55,055 nt of DNA, taken from NCBI GenBank assembly GCA_000320545.1, contig ADNK01003515.1:1-55055 (forward strand), in the 5' to 3' direction. Of this stretch, positions 27,701-39,044 are shown piece by piece. The stretch is from Bigelowiella natans CCMP2755. Its lineage: Eukaryota > Protista > Cercozoa. The translations under genes and the position numbers were made by a program. Under the pieces are notes generated by a model. It made no database searches and was not told the DNA's origin. It was given only the letters and a program-made list of their open reading frames with translations. Position 1 is the stretch's first letter. Every line of letters begins with the position of its first letter.

Positions 27701-27836
27701 GACGAGTCACATCCATGGAAACGCATTCACATTGTGGCATTTTCTCACGATCTTGACATGCCACCTGGAGATTGATGAGACACGTGCACGTCGCTGATCA
27801 TGGTTGAATGTTGCGAACACACTGGTGTGTTCGCAA
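20553..27836. repeat. Five dispersed copies of a 26-bp palindrome, inferred ancestor TTGCGAATATACTAGTATATTCGCAA
   Basis: Copies at 20553-20578, 23891-23916, 24936-24961, 26152-26177 and 27811-27836; most differences are CA/TG/CG at ancestral TA positions. Confidence 0.8.
24916..27502 (+). pseudogene. Degraded RNase H-fold (DDE-like) transposase, DUF6589-like motif order
   Basis: Ordered motifs LRFRGLSSNGTKLLSKIGIG, LMWIDN(H/Y), VVSDVAI(H/Y), VMPVLGWWHS(C/Y)K and NEEPGE, followed by an acidic tail. Intron at 26129-26197 and an apparent 1-nt frameshift near 26120. No Tyr in more than 800 codons. Confidence 0.55.
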
Positions 27837-28258
27837 CACGTCTTTGTCGTGGCTGAATTGGCATGAAAAGGCATCATTTGTGCCCTGCAGTGTCGAGTGT
27901 GCAACGCTGCAATTGCTTTTTGGTCTGACACGATGTGAATCTCATTCGGCACTCGACGCCATGCGCACAATTGTGCTCAGATGGAACAAATGGCGTGACC
28001 GCATGAGGCGTGCACACGTTTCCGCTTTGTGATGAGAACATCGCCGTTGTCATTGCACTTCGCACATTCATCTTGACGTGTTTCACGAGGTGGTTTTCAC
28101 GTTCACACACATTGCAATCTGAGCTCGCGTTTGCGAGTGGGAGTTTCGATTTGCTTTCGACGCACGTGTGGCGATCAAGATCGCGATTGTGCAGTGAAGC
28201 GCGTTTGTGGCCCTCACACGTGGGATCAGCAACTCGCGGCGCGTGGTTCTTGCATCCA

Positions 28259-28274
28259 AAGTGGACAACCAAGC
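28259..28274 (-). repeat. Right terminal inverted repeat
   Basis: Exact reverse complement of 19805-19820. Confidence 0.75.
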
Positions 28275-28576
28275 ACGTGCTGCCACCTGTGCTAGCTGTG
28301 GACACGCCAGCTCGCACACACTGATTGCACAACAATGATGCATCTAGTGCATGGCTGTGGGCGCTGTGCGCACCGGGCGCTGCAGAATGGCCATGCTGGC
28401 ATGGGATGCACCATGCGCAAAAGCAAAGTGTGAATTGAATCGTGCATGCAAGCTAGCACGTGTTAGGTGTGTTTGTGCAACAATGAACATGCGACTGGTC
28501 ATGCATGTCTAGATGCAATTATCGTGGTGTTTGTGCACAGTGCCAGAGTAGATTTGTGCGCACATGTGTGCTCAAT

Positions 28577-31500
28577 TCAAGATGACGATGATTTGACTTG
28601 AGCGGCGAAGGCATGCATCCTGTTTTTTAGGTATGTTCGACATGAATCTGGAGCAAGCTCTACCATTCTCTTCATTTTTTTGCAAGCTGAATTAACATCG
28701 CTCCGAAGCATTAAAGTCCTGCATTACAAAACAGTAGCTTGAATGATGTCGGACTACAATGCAAGATTTTGTGATTCATTTACTTGCTTATGAACTGATA
28801 GACTTTGTGCCTGGGATAAAGGGCTGAAAAAATCTGTAATTTACATGTTAGATTTCTTGCCATTTTAAATTGAGGAAGCTAATTCTTCGATCACCATCGG
28901 TGCCATGTTGAGAATGACATTTAGATTTTCAGGATTTCTTAAAACTCGAAACGCATGTACACAGCAACGGACAAATTCGTCGTATGCAGCTCTGATGCGA
29001 TAATGAATTCAACCTATCAATTTGTTTGATGAACAATCAGATTATTAGCTAAATATCACCTGCCGATCTCTTCTCGAAATTCCTTTGTGACGGCAAATGC
29101 TTGCGCGTCCATGAGAACTGTACTTCCCATCGCGTGGCCAAAATCAATGTGGAATAGGACCTAACAACAAGAAATATTATCAACAAAAAAGAAGTCCGCA
29201 AAGCAGAAATTCTCTGCAAACTGTCACAATTTAGACAATTTATTTTAGAGATAGAGTGGCACACGAAACAATACCCCGTCATTTCTGATCATTATGTTGT
29301 CCGCATGACGATCTCTTATTCCAATGACATAGGCTGCTATGTAACTTCCTGCTCCAGAGGCCACAATTTTCTCCAGCTTAGCAACCATTTTAGAAATATT
29401 TTCAGATTACGTTCATCATTTTTTAAATCTGATAATATATCTAAAATCAGTTTACCTTCCCAGGAACTAATGGTCGTATTTTTTTCATATCAGAAAGGGG
29501 GAAACAATTTTCGACGAATTCCAAAACCCTGTCAATGATGTAGATGAGCCGAGTGAATAAGCATGATGATACTACAACCACCCTTTTCTCCTTCCCGTAG
29601 CAACCGTGTGGTACTCATGGCATGTTATTGGAAATTTTTGATGCATAGCTCCAGAGTCCCTATCACCAAAAAATTAGCCCACTTGTCACTGAAGCAACAA
29701 TATATCGAAACGTCCAACACCTCCAGATGTAGTTGAAAATTTTAAACATTGTCATACCTGATTGGGCATCCGAAATTTTTCAACAATAGTTGTCATTACT
29801 ATTCATATTTACTACTTACTTGCAACGTCTTGTCGAAAATCATCCCCAAATTTAAGAATAACTTTTGAAAGATTTGTATGTTTGATTTGCAACGGAGTAA
29901 GCAAGTCCATTGGCATTGTAGGCTTTTTTGTTGATACAATCGATTTTGCTGAAAGTGAAGATGTAGTTGACACCACATCTTTATCAAAGTTTTCGTCTAA
30001 AAATTCCCGATGGTATTCAATGGAATCAGAAGGATTGAGAGTTTTAACTCGAAGATAGTTTGTGTACCGTATGAAAATGAAAGTAGGAGTGGTTTAGAGT
30101 TCGTTTGGAACACTTTTTCAACGATAATCTAAAGGGTATGAGACAAATAAATTTAAATTGCCAAGTCAAAAAGGTTACTCATAAATTAACTTGCATTTTG
30201 CAACAAAGCTTCTTGGAACGGATGATATATCTTTCCACACGACTGAGACGGTATATTTGTGGATGCTATCTTAGTGCATTCACATCGAAGCTAGCTTTTC
30301 GTTTGAACAGTTTGAACAAAGGCCTCACTTGATATTAGGTCACACCTTTACTACATGTCCTCTTCCGTTTCCATATTTGTTGACTTTGACTGCATGCTTT
30401 GTAAGATATCGAATTTTAAGTAAACAAGCAAATACATATAGTTCCTGCAAAATTAGAAAGTCCTGCTGCGATCTGAAACACTACCCTGCTATTAAATACC
30501 GATTCCATAAGGTGATTCAATGGATATCCATTCAGAAGGACTTCCCCTTTTTCCTGATTCAGCCAAAAACATAAATTTATCTGGACAACTACAGAAACGA
30601 TAGTTTTAAGACCGAATTTGGATGAAGTAACTCTGAGCGGATTGACCCAAATGTTTCTGCATTTTTCACGGAACTTGATGCCAGAAGTAAGGACATCGCC
30701 TGAGCCAATCTATTGGACTTCAAAATTCTCTAAGTAGTGACAGTCATATTAAATTCTAATGTTTGGCGTCGCTAAAAGTTTCCCCACGGGATTACAACCA
30801 TTTTAAGAGCTGCTATGATCTCTTCCTGATGTAGTAAACTAATTTCATAATTGTTTCAACTTTATTGCCGTGTCATCTTTCTTGACCTGTTGGTGCATGA
30901 GCCATGTAGGTATTGATTCTGTTGCAAGACATACAGCGACCATGTTGTGGTAAAGATCATCCTCACTACATTCCTATGTTATTAGGGAAATTTGTAAGTT
31001 CAATTTACAAATATTTCTAGTAATCAATAACAACATAGGAGAGACCTGTATTGCATCAACCAATCCAGATCCCTAAAACATGCAGCATTTTAACTTTTCC
31101 ATTCATGGAAAATAGAACTTTACAGTGCAAAGAATGTACATCTTACCTTCATAAGTGCTCTGAGTAATGTATGGGACGAAAGTGTAGGATTCTCTTTTTC
31201 ATCCTCCTTGATCGATGGCCTTGATAAGATCCTTGTAGATGCGGCATAATCGTCACTACATTTGTTTACGGTTGCCCTATCAGATCAAAATTTCAATCTG
31301 TTTAATTCATTAGTGAAATTTTACAAAAGGTTACTTTGAGGACTGCTCAAATTGATTTAGAATTCTTGCTTTCGAATTTGGCAAGCATTTGTCAATCTGT
31401 CCATGGTTAGGTTTTCTACGACAGCCAGAACAATTAAAGTTTGTTACTTCTCGAATTAAAAGTAGCAAGATGATGTTGACTAAGTCAATTGGAAGAAGAT

Positions 31501-32275
31501 GGCATCTTGTACCCAAAAAGCAAACTACTAAATAGGGCAATCCATTTCCAACAGATATAAACGTTTGATAAATCCTGTTTTTGTAAGCTGAGACCGCCAT
31601 GTATGTCCGCATGATATAAATAACAAAAAGAATTCCGAATTTGAGATTCGATTTCACTAGAGAATCGTAGAATCGTCTGAGTATAGGACAGGTGTGGTCC
31701 AGAATGTTGCTGATCATCTTTGTCTTTTCGTGGTAGTCGTAGATTTCACAGAAGTCTAATCTTGAAGTGTCAAAAAAATAATTCAATATCAGAGCAGCAC
31801 TCGGAAGAAGGATGATCATCCAACTTAGTCCGGTACAAATTTGGGTTGAAAATCGTAAGCTCGTCTTATCAATGTAACGATTATTTTCTTCACTACGCAT
31901 CCTTCTGTTGTAATGTCGCACCTACATAATGAGACATGCTACTCATATGTATGACCAGGTAGCAGCTCTTCACTACTCGGAAAGTTGAAATTTAATTATA
32001 CACCATCGTACATAGTCCCTCCATAGCGATAAGCAAGCAAAGCGTCGCCTCTATTAATGTAGCCTAATGGGTGCGAAAAGAATAATTAACTTCTGTGTTA
32101 CAGAAAGGACAAATGGGTGGACTTTAAAAGGTGTAGCTTGCTGGTATTGAGGTGATTCACATAGAAGGACATATGACTCAAACGACATCATAGATGACTC
32201 TTCCAGATTTCGAGTACGTTTGGAAACGATGAAGCTAGTGAATAGATTAACAACTGAAGTCATAGCCGCTCCCAT
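28577..32275 (-). CDS. Phosphatidylinositol 3-/4-kinase catalytic-domain protein with N-terminal hydrophobic segments
   Basis: Spliced exons give VILKFGDDFRQD, VLEFVEN, ASGAGSYIAAYVIGIRDRHADNIMIRNDG, VLFHIDFGH, YDEFVRCCVHAFRVLR and C-terminal TYLKNRMH, with the stop at 28577. Upstream exons link in frame to the TM-rich ORF at 31331-31921. The start (MGAAMTS, 32275) is tentative. Confidence 0.85.
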
Positions 32276-32710
32276 TTCGCGCTTCGAATTGTTGTAGTAT
32301 CTTAAATTTTTTGTCTGATTTCTTGTCGCATAATGAAAATCTTCGGCTTTATCCAGCATTGAAATTACAATAACCATCTTTTTAGAGAAAAGGAAATAAA
32401 ATATTCAACATGCGACTTATTTGGATGCTACCCGTAAAATTAAAACAGCCTTCATTTCTTTACGAATAGTTCTGCTGGATAAAATTTGATGATGAGGGTT
32501 AAGCAGCTAGCGTTTTTCTGAGGTGGTGTCGAGCAATTTTACAAATTAGACAGTAGTTTTTGGTCTGCGACATGATGAAAATATAGGACATAATGTGAAC
32601 GCAAGGGTTTGGCTTTGAGGTGAGCGAGACAATTCCCAGCTTATATCTTAACTTTTGTTTGAGTGGTGCTGAGGCACAAAAGCACCTCCTCTGCTCATAC
32701 TGCATGTTCG

Positions 32711-35700
32711 ATGGCAGTTAGCAGGCGCACTCGAGGAAGAAGCTCCTCCTCTAGAAACGTAATGCCAAAGACAACGGTTGACCCTGAAGAGAAAAACAAG
32801 TCTTTCGTAAAGATGCGACGGGAGATGTTTACAAGGAGAGCTCACACAGCAGGCGAGGATTCACTAGAATTTACTATTGCCCAAAAAAATTATATACGGC
32901 CAACAGGTACATAAACCATTATTAGTTTACATCCAAATCATGATCAATGTTTTAAAATATGGTCCAATATTTGATACATAATATTTTCAGAATCTAGTAG
33001 ATCAAGGGCGAATAGATTTAAAGCAAGTAGAACAAGAGCAAGTACAACTGGATCAGACAACCGACGCTGCAAGGAACCAGCGGGACGTAAAAACAGCTCT
33101 AGTCGTTCTCCACATCCTGCACTCCCTCCAAAGCTTGAAAACAGTATGAAATTATATAGGCTTAGATTCAAACCCCTTCATTCTATTCCTGTATGCAGCA
33201 TATCTCAAAGAGAAATATTCTTTCAAGCTGGCGCGGGCACGTAGAGCGACTCATCATTCTCCAGTAAGAGTGTCACCACGAAGATCTGAGGAAAGAGGAG
33301 ATTCTATGAGGGTTCTCATTTTTTTAAAAATGATCTAATGGTTCAACCTAATTCTGCTCTCAAACAGAGAGTTCGAAGTACTCCTTTGCTTGCAAGTAAT
33401 AGTTCACATCCACTTAAAATACATGAACCCAAAATGTACGTAGAAGTGCAAGATTATGTGCGTATGCCTGTGCGTGCGTAAGTGTGTAACATAGAAATTG
33501 TTAAATTAGGCTATATGCACCGTCACCAAAGTTGCTATTGCATACCAAATATAGAAGTTGTACCTTTTAAGCACAGATCTAATATTTCAGATAGAATTCG
33601 TGTTGCTGACCTACAAAAATACTTTGAGGAGAAAGCGTAAGTTACTACTAATGCTCAGAATATTCATATTCGATGAAAGGCAAACACTAACTCAGGAATG
33701 AAAAATCTAAAGAAAGAGCTTCCTCACGTGTAAAAATATCTAGTACGTTAAATCAAATCACACCAAAGGAGGGATTCGTTAGATCCATGGCTAAGTCTTT
33801 GCATCTTCCAAACCTGACTGGATATATGCCGAAAGTTGTTGAATCATCGTATAAAACTCGACAAGTTTTAGAGGAGCAAAGCAAAACCCATGAGAAGCTT
33901 CAACCCAATTCTAATGCGAGTAGTGAAGAAATCCGTATTGGAAACCCTAGGATAAGTCAAATAAATCCAAAAAATGGAAACTTAGTAACGTCACTTTCGG
34001 ATATACCTGCTGATTTTGTTCCTCCAACACCGCCACCAGTTCCAATTCGGTTCAAGCGAGGCTCAAACGATTCCATCCCAGTTCCTCCTACGCCACCACC
34101 AAAACCGCCTCCCAGGATCATTCGAGAAACGTCAATTAGCAACCAAGTACCCCCTCCACTACCCCCAAGAAGCCTTCGCAAAATGTTGGACATTATTATC
34201 CCATCAGCTCCGCCTGCATCGCGTGCTAATACTGAAGTGGACAGAAATGAAAGCCGGTTCGCTCACATATCACCAATCCCAGAAGGATGGGTTGGAACCG
34301 ATGAACTTCAAATTCCTATTGTATCACCAGCAAAAGGGAAGGGAGACTTTTTGCTTTCACCAGATAGTGTACAAGGTAGGCAAGGCTCAGTAAAGTCACG
34401 AATATCGAACACGTTTGGGAATGGTGGTGGAGTTAGCGCAGTTGATACTGGTGGAAACAGCCGCGGGGGAGGGCCAGAGGGAGACACAGAGTCCATCAGT
34501 GCATGGGGACTAACATATCAAAGAGGATCTTTACTTGTTGACGATCTCCCAACAGAGGTCGAAAGAAAGAGATCAAACTCTACTGGAACAAAAAATACAG
34601 ATGGTTCTGAAAACGCTTTTCTTCAATGGGGTCTAGAGGTCGTGGATGGTAAACTTTCCACAAAACCAAACAATAGAGAGTCTGATCTTTCGGCACGGCT
34701 GTCACCTCGACCCTCCCTCAGGCACATAATATTCAATAATGAGAGGCCAGAAGTAAATAGTGGAGACGATCCCAATCAAGGCAAACATTTGATTGGTGAT
34801 AGAGCAAGCCATGTCACTCAAGATGATTTTACAATTAAATCGGGAGGAACTATATCAGATTGGGGTTTGAGGCATAATAGATCTGACACAAAGACCTCCG
34901 AGTCATTAGAATCTGAATATATCCAGGCTGCCAAAGAGGCATGGGAAAAGAAGAAGTATGATAAACAAGCTGCAAATATGATGAATCGGGAATCATCAAT
35001 TTTGGACGATGATGAAGATAAGATCAGCATTTCACAGATATCAATAAAAATGCGCAATGTTGTCAACATGACAAGCCAAGTCATAAATGATTATCATCGT
35101 CGTCGAGAAAGCCGCCTTTCCCAGGTGTATGATTTAAAATAAAATTACTCTCACTCATCTTATCTGACAGCCTCAATAGATTGTATACATTGTATATATA
35201 TTAACATATAAATTATAAATACAAACATATATTCAACCCTGTGTCGAATTCGATAAAATAATTCACCAATGTTATTAATACAGTCAGTTATGGGAGGACT
35301 CGATGTGGCACCTAGAAAACGGAAAATAAAGGTTGCTCTTTTATAATATTCATCTTCAAAAAATGACCTCTGGCTCATCAGTACACGAGAATCAAGTTGC
35401 TGGGTAGGGGAGCATTTGGATGCGTATTTCTTGCGAAAGAAACAGAGACAAAAAGACTGATAGCCGTGAAAAGGTCCCATATTATAACTATGATGGTTGC
35501 AGTATGATTTAGATGAGACTTGAAATTGAATATTTTCAGAGTGGAATTAAAGCGCGGGGTTACAAGTGATGTTGAAAGAGAGATAAGAACAGAAGTGATA
35601 TTATCACTTGATAGTCTAAAGTTGTTATGAAACCTAAAACATTTATGTATTGATCAGGTAAATGCCATGAAGCGTCTTCGGAATCCTCACATTGTAGAAA

Positions 35701-37576
35701 TGTTAGATTGCAGTTTCACAGGAAAGAGAATGGAGGTAAATATGATTCTGCGCCAGTAAATTTCATAGCTCAGTTAATGCATCAATATTTATATTGCACA
35801 CATCTGCCGGCAGATATATATGGAATATGTTGATGGAAACTCTCTTGACTATCAATTGAAGGTTGGGAATTCATTCTCTCTGCTGAATTCGAGACTGATT
35901 CATATCAAATTGATGACTTTTGATTTCCAGATATATGGACCATTTCCAGAGATGGTAATTAAGTACTACACAGTTCAGGTTATTACAATAATTTGATGCA
36001 CCCATCCAGAAATGATTTTGGAATTACAGATCCTTCAAGCTCTTGCCTACTGTCATGGTCTGGGAGTCATCCATAGAGACATCAAAGGGAAAAATATTTT
36101 GGTTGCTATCCAACTTTTATATCGTTCATTTTTCCGGTCAGTCTTGATAAATGTAGATGTCTTATTAGGTGACTGCCAAGGGTTTCATCAAGCTTGCAGA
36201 TTTCGGATCTGCAAAAATTGCTTCTGAGGGTCTTGATGGGAGACCAAATAATATTTCCAAGAAATTCAGCTCCAATAAAACATTTAAATACACGCCACAG
36301 TGGGTAGCACCAGAGGTAGAAATATGTTTTGTTTTGTATGAGTATGCTTTCCGTATATACCATTTGTTCTTAGGTTGTAGCAGACAACTCTGTATGGGAT
36401 GAAAAAGTTGATATCTGGTCTCTGGGATGTGTTGTGCAGGAAATGGCAAGGTGATAGTTTTTCCAATGTGTATTCATTCGTAATTATATTATGTTACACA
36501 AGTGCCAAACCACCTTGGTATGAGCTTGGATATGAAAATGAGTTCCAAATCATACACCATATCAACGAGGTAGTTGCTAATAAGAAGAGTACAAATGATT
36601 TTCTATTGCTAAAGACGAGTTTGCATGAAATTGATGTCCTAATCAGCACGGATCAGTACCAGAAATATCAAATGATCTTTCTCCTCTTGGGAGGAAATTT
36701 GCTCTGAGGTTACAAATTCTACGGTTTATATCTCGTGAATCACATGTAAATTTTGTTTAAGAATTTGAATTTTCGAAATTCCACTTAATAGCTGTTTAGG
36801 GAGAGATCCTAAAAAACGGCCGAACGCACCGACACTTTTATGTGATGAGGTACCATGTTGCATTTTTTTAAAAAAGTAAACTATATTTTTGACATTACAT
36901 ACCAAACAGTGGGTACTGGATATATGGACTTCATTAAAAAAAAAGGAAGCTGAAAAGCTTGCACAGGTGTCTGATGATTTTAATTGTAAAAAGTTTCTAG
37001 ACACACACTGTGTATGCGGGCCCTAAATAGAAATCAATATGATAAATTATATGATTTAATTTGGGATGTGTATGTTCTACAAAAAATTAAAAGGAAATAA
37101 ATTTCATGGCAAAAGCCCTGAGTAGAAAAAGAAATCAAGAGAATGAGAGCGACGACGAAGATGCAGTATCAACCACCAGGGTTGCTACAGAACGAGAGAG
37201 TAACGCTATCCGTGAATCTGAGTTCAAGCGCCAGGGAAACAAAAGAGATCTCTTTCGTGGTGTCGGTGAGTCACTCGAGGATCCCACCATCGGTCGGAAA
37301 TCAGAGTTTCAATATGACGAACAGCGGGATAGCGGTCGTGCCTCAAATGGATCTATTGCGTACGAGACCAGGCAAGAACAAGCCATTAGTATGGCAAGTG
37401 TGAGTATTACTCAGGGAGAATCTGTCCTTGGTCCTTCCAGCTTCAGCTTCACACAAGCAGAGTCTATATTAGCAGGAGATTCTCCTTCTTTATTCACATC
37501 TTCTGCAAGAAATCCCCAGCGATCAACTTCGAATTCCCTTACAAAACCCACTCGGAAATGGAGTTCGAACAAATAA
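32711..37576 (+). CDS. STE11/MAP3K-like Ser/Thr protein kinase with long Pro-rich disordered N-terminus
   Basis: [12 protein letters not shown]...[72 protein letters not shown] and RDPKKRP across short introns at 35290-36970; 451-codon exon at 33787-35142. Confidence 0.9.
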
Positions 37577-37619
37577 TCATTTTTAAAATTTTCAAGTTAA
37601 AGAGGCATCCTATGTGCAG

Positions 37620-38260
37620 CACAATGATGAAGTAAACATAAAATGTTCACGTGTGTGGAATGTGTTTGCATGTGCACATGTACAAGCAGTTAATTAAAAG
37701 CATTTTTTAGTGAGTATGCAGGTTTTTGGTTGCTCGCATGAGACTAGTGTGTGCAAAATGCGTTGAGCTGTGTGCATCTGTTCTGCATTAGCGATTTTCC
37801 TCACTGTGTGCCGTTGTTGCAAACTGCAACACTTGCATTTCTGTTGATGCATCGTTCTAGCCATGCTAGTCTGTCTAGCTCTAGCTGTGCTAGTACGTGC
37901 AGCACATTGCTAGATTGACCCTCTTTTTTCCTTCATCCTACTCTCCAGCTCTTCCATTCTAGCTCTCGCCAACTTGTCAACGTTTACTAGTCTAGACGAA
38001 CATGTTGGCATGTTTGTTTGTCCACCATGGAAATGGCACATCATGCAGACATCCATGGTTCTAGAGGCTTGTTCATCATGTTCATCTAGCCATGCATTAC
38101 GACAAGAGGGTTGAGATCTGATGTTCAGTACTAGAGTACTAGAGTACCCAATTCAACGCAATGTAATGGAGAAATTGATCATCATCAAGTTTTTGAATTG
38201 CAGAGTCTAGAGGGCTAGAGAGTCCCGAATAACTAGATGAGCCATCTCACAGTATCTTCA
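37620..38260. other. TA-depleted, CTAG-enriched intergenic patch between convergent gene ends
   Basis: TG/CA-rich; most of the remaining TAs are in CTAG (e.g. CATGCTAGTCTGTCTAGCTCTAGCTGTGCTAG). Confidence 0.7.
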
Positions 38261-38342
38261 GGTGCCGCTCAAAAATGATTGTTCATTTAACGGAACTTTC
38301 TTAATTAATGACCCATGCTACCCGCATGGATGCTAATTGGTG

Positions 38343-39013
38343 CTAGAGGTTATTTCGAGAGTATCCTCCGTACCATTGAAAATATGCATTTACAATTAAA
38401 CCTAAATACATCGCTAAATCACTAATCAAGTTGTACTGTGAAGCAGTTCTTTCGTACAAATCTTTCAAATTTTGGTTTGTATTGAATGCTCGAATCGTGA
38501 GAAAGATCATGAATGCTGATCCTATGCAACACAGTATAATTCCGAGTTTCATTAGAGAGCGAATACGATTGGTTGATGCGATTAAATACGAATTTCGCTC
38601 GTTTCGAATGATATCTTTCTTGGAGGCTGGGGAATGGAACTCTTTTCGTGTGTTCTTCATATCACGTACATCGATGCTTCTATGTTTATTTTTTCTAGGA
38701 CTCAGGTCGCCCTTAGAATCAAATGACATGATTCCATAGCTATCTGTGGCACCATCTGTCGTATAATCTCTAATTTTCTCAGTAATATTGCGTGGTCCCA
38801 GGGACTTCGCTTTACTAGTTTGGCTATCCTTTGTATCGAGTGGAATATTATCTCGATTATTGTTCACTTCCACTTCTACAGTCACATCTTCTCCAATCCC
38901 GACTTGCTTCATGGCAAAGCCTCCTTTTGTTCGAATAGAGTCTGTAGGTGTTGCATCCTCTGTCGGGGCTGTGCCTACCAACATGATCAATTTTGAAATA
39001 GGTGTGGAAATCA

Positions 39014-39044
<31 letters not shown>

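Larger units (their letters stand above)
19805..28274. mobile_element. About 8.5-kb TIR-bounded DNA transposon relic, fully TpA-depleted
   Basis: Perfect 16-bp inverted repeats GCTTGGTTGTCCACTT (19805-19820) and AAGTGGACAACCAAGC (28259-28274), with imperfect inward extension. Contains divergent transposase-like and ParB/MTase-like/PHD genes. No TSD identifiable. Confidence 0.75.

Noticed and set aside
20553-27836. Palindromic repeats as a CRISPR array
   Set aside because: Copies are 1-3 kb apart, the context is eukaryotic, and there are no regular spacers or cas genes.
19790-28290. Target-site duplication around the TIRs
   Set aside because: No convincing direct repeat, even after mentally reverting CA/TG to TA.
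19740-28292. Alternative genetic code or recoding as the cause of Tyr-less proteins
   Set aside because: TA is absent in all codon positions, introns and noncoding flanks, and host genes use Tyr and TAA/TAG normally.
19740-28292. Classical RIP or CpG-methylation decay as the cause of TG/CA excess
   Set aside because: RIP would increase TA, and CpG decay would deplete CG, which is plentiful here.
19420-28343. Dense overlapping long ORFs in all six frames (also at 170-2200)
   Set aside because: Artefact of TA loss: TAA and TAG cannot occur, so all frames stay open. Only motif-bearing frames were kept.
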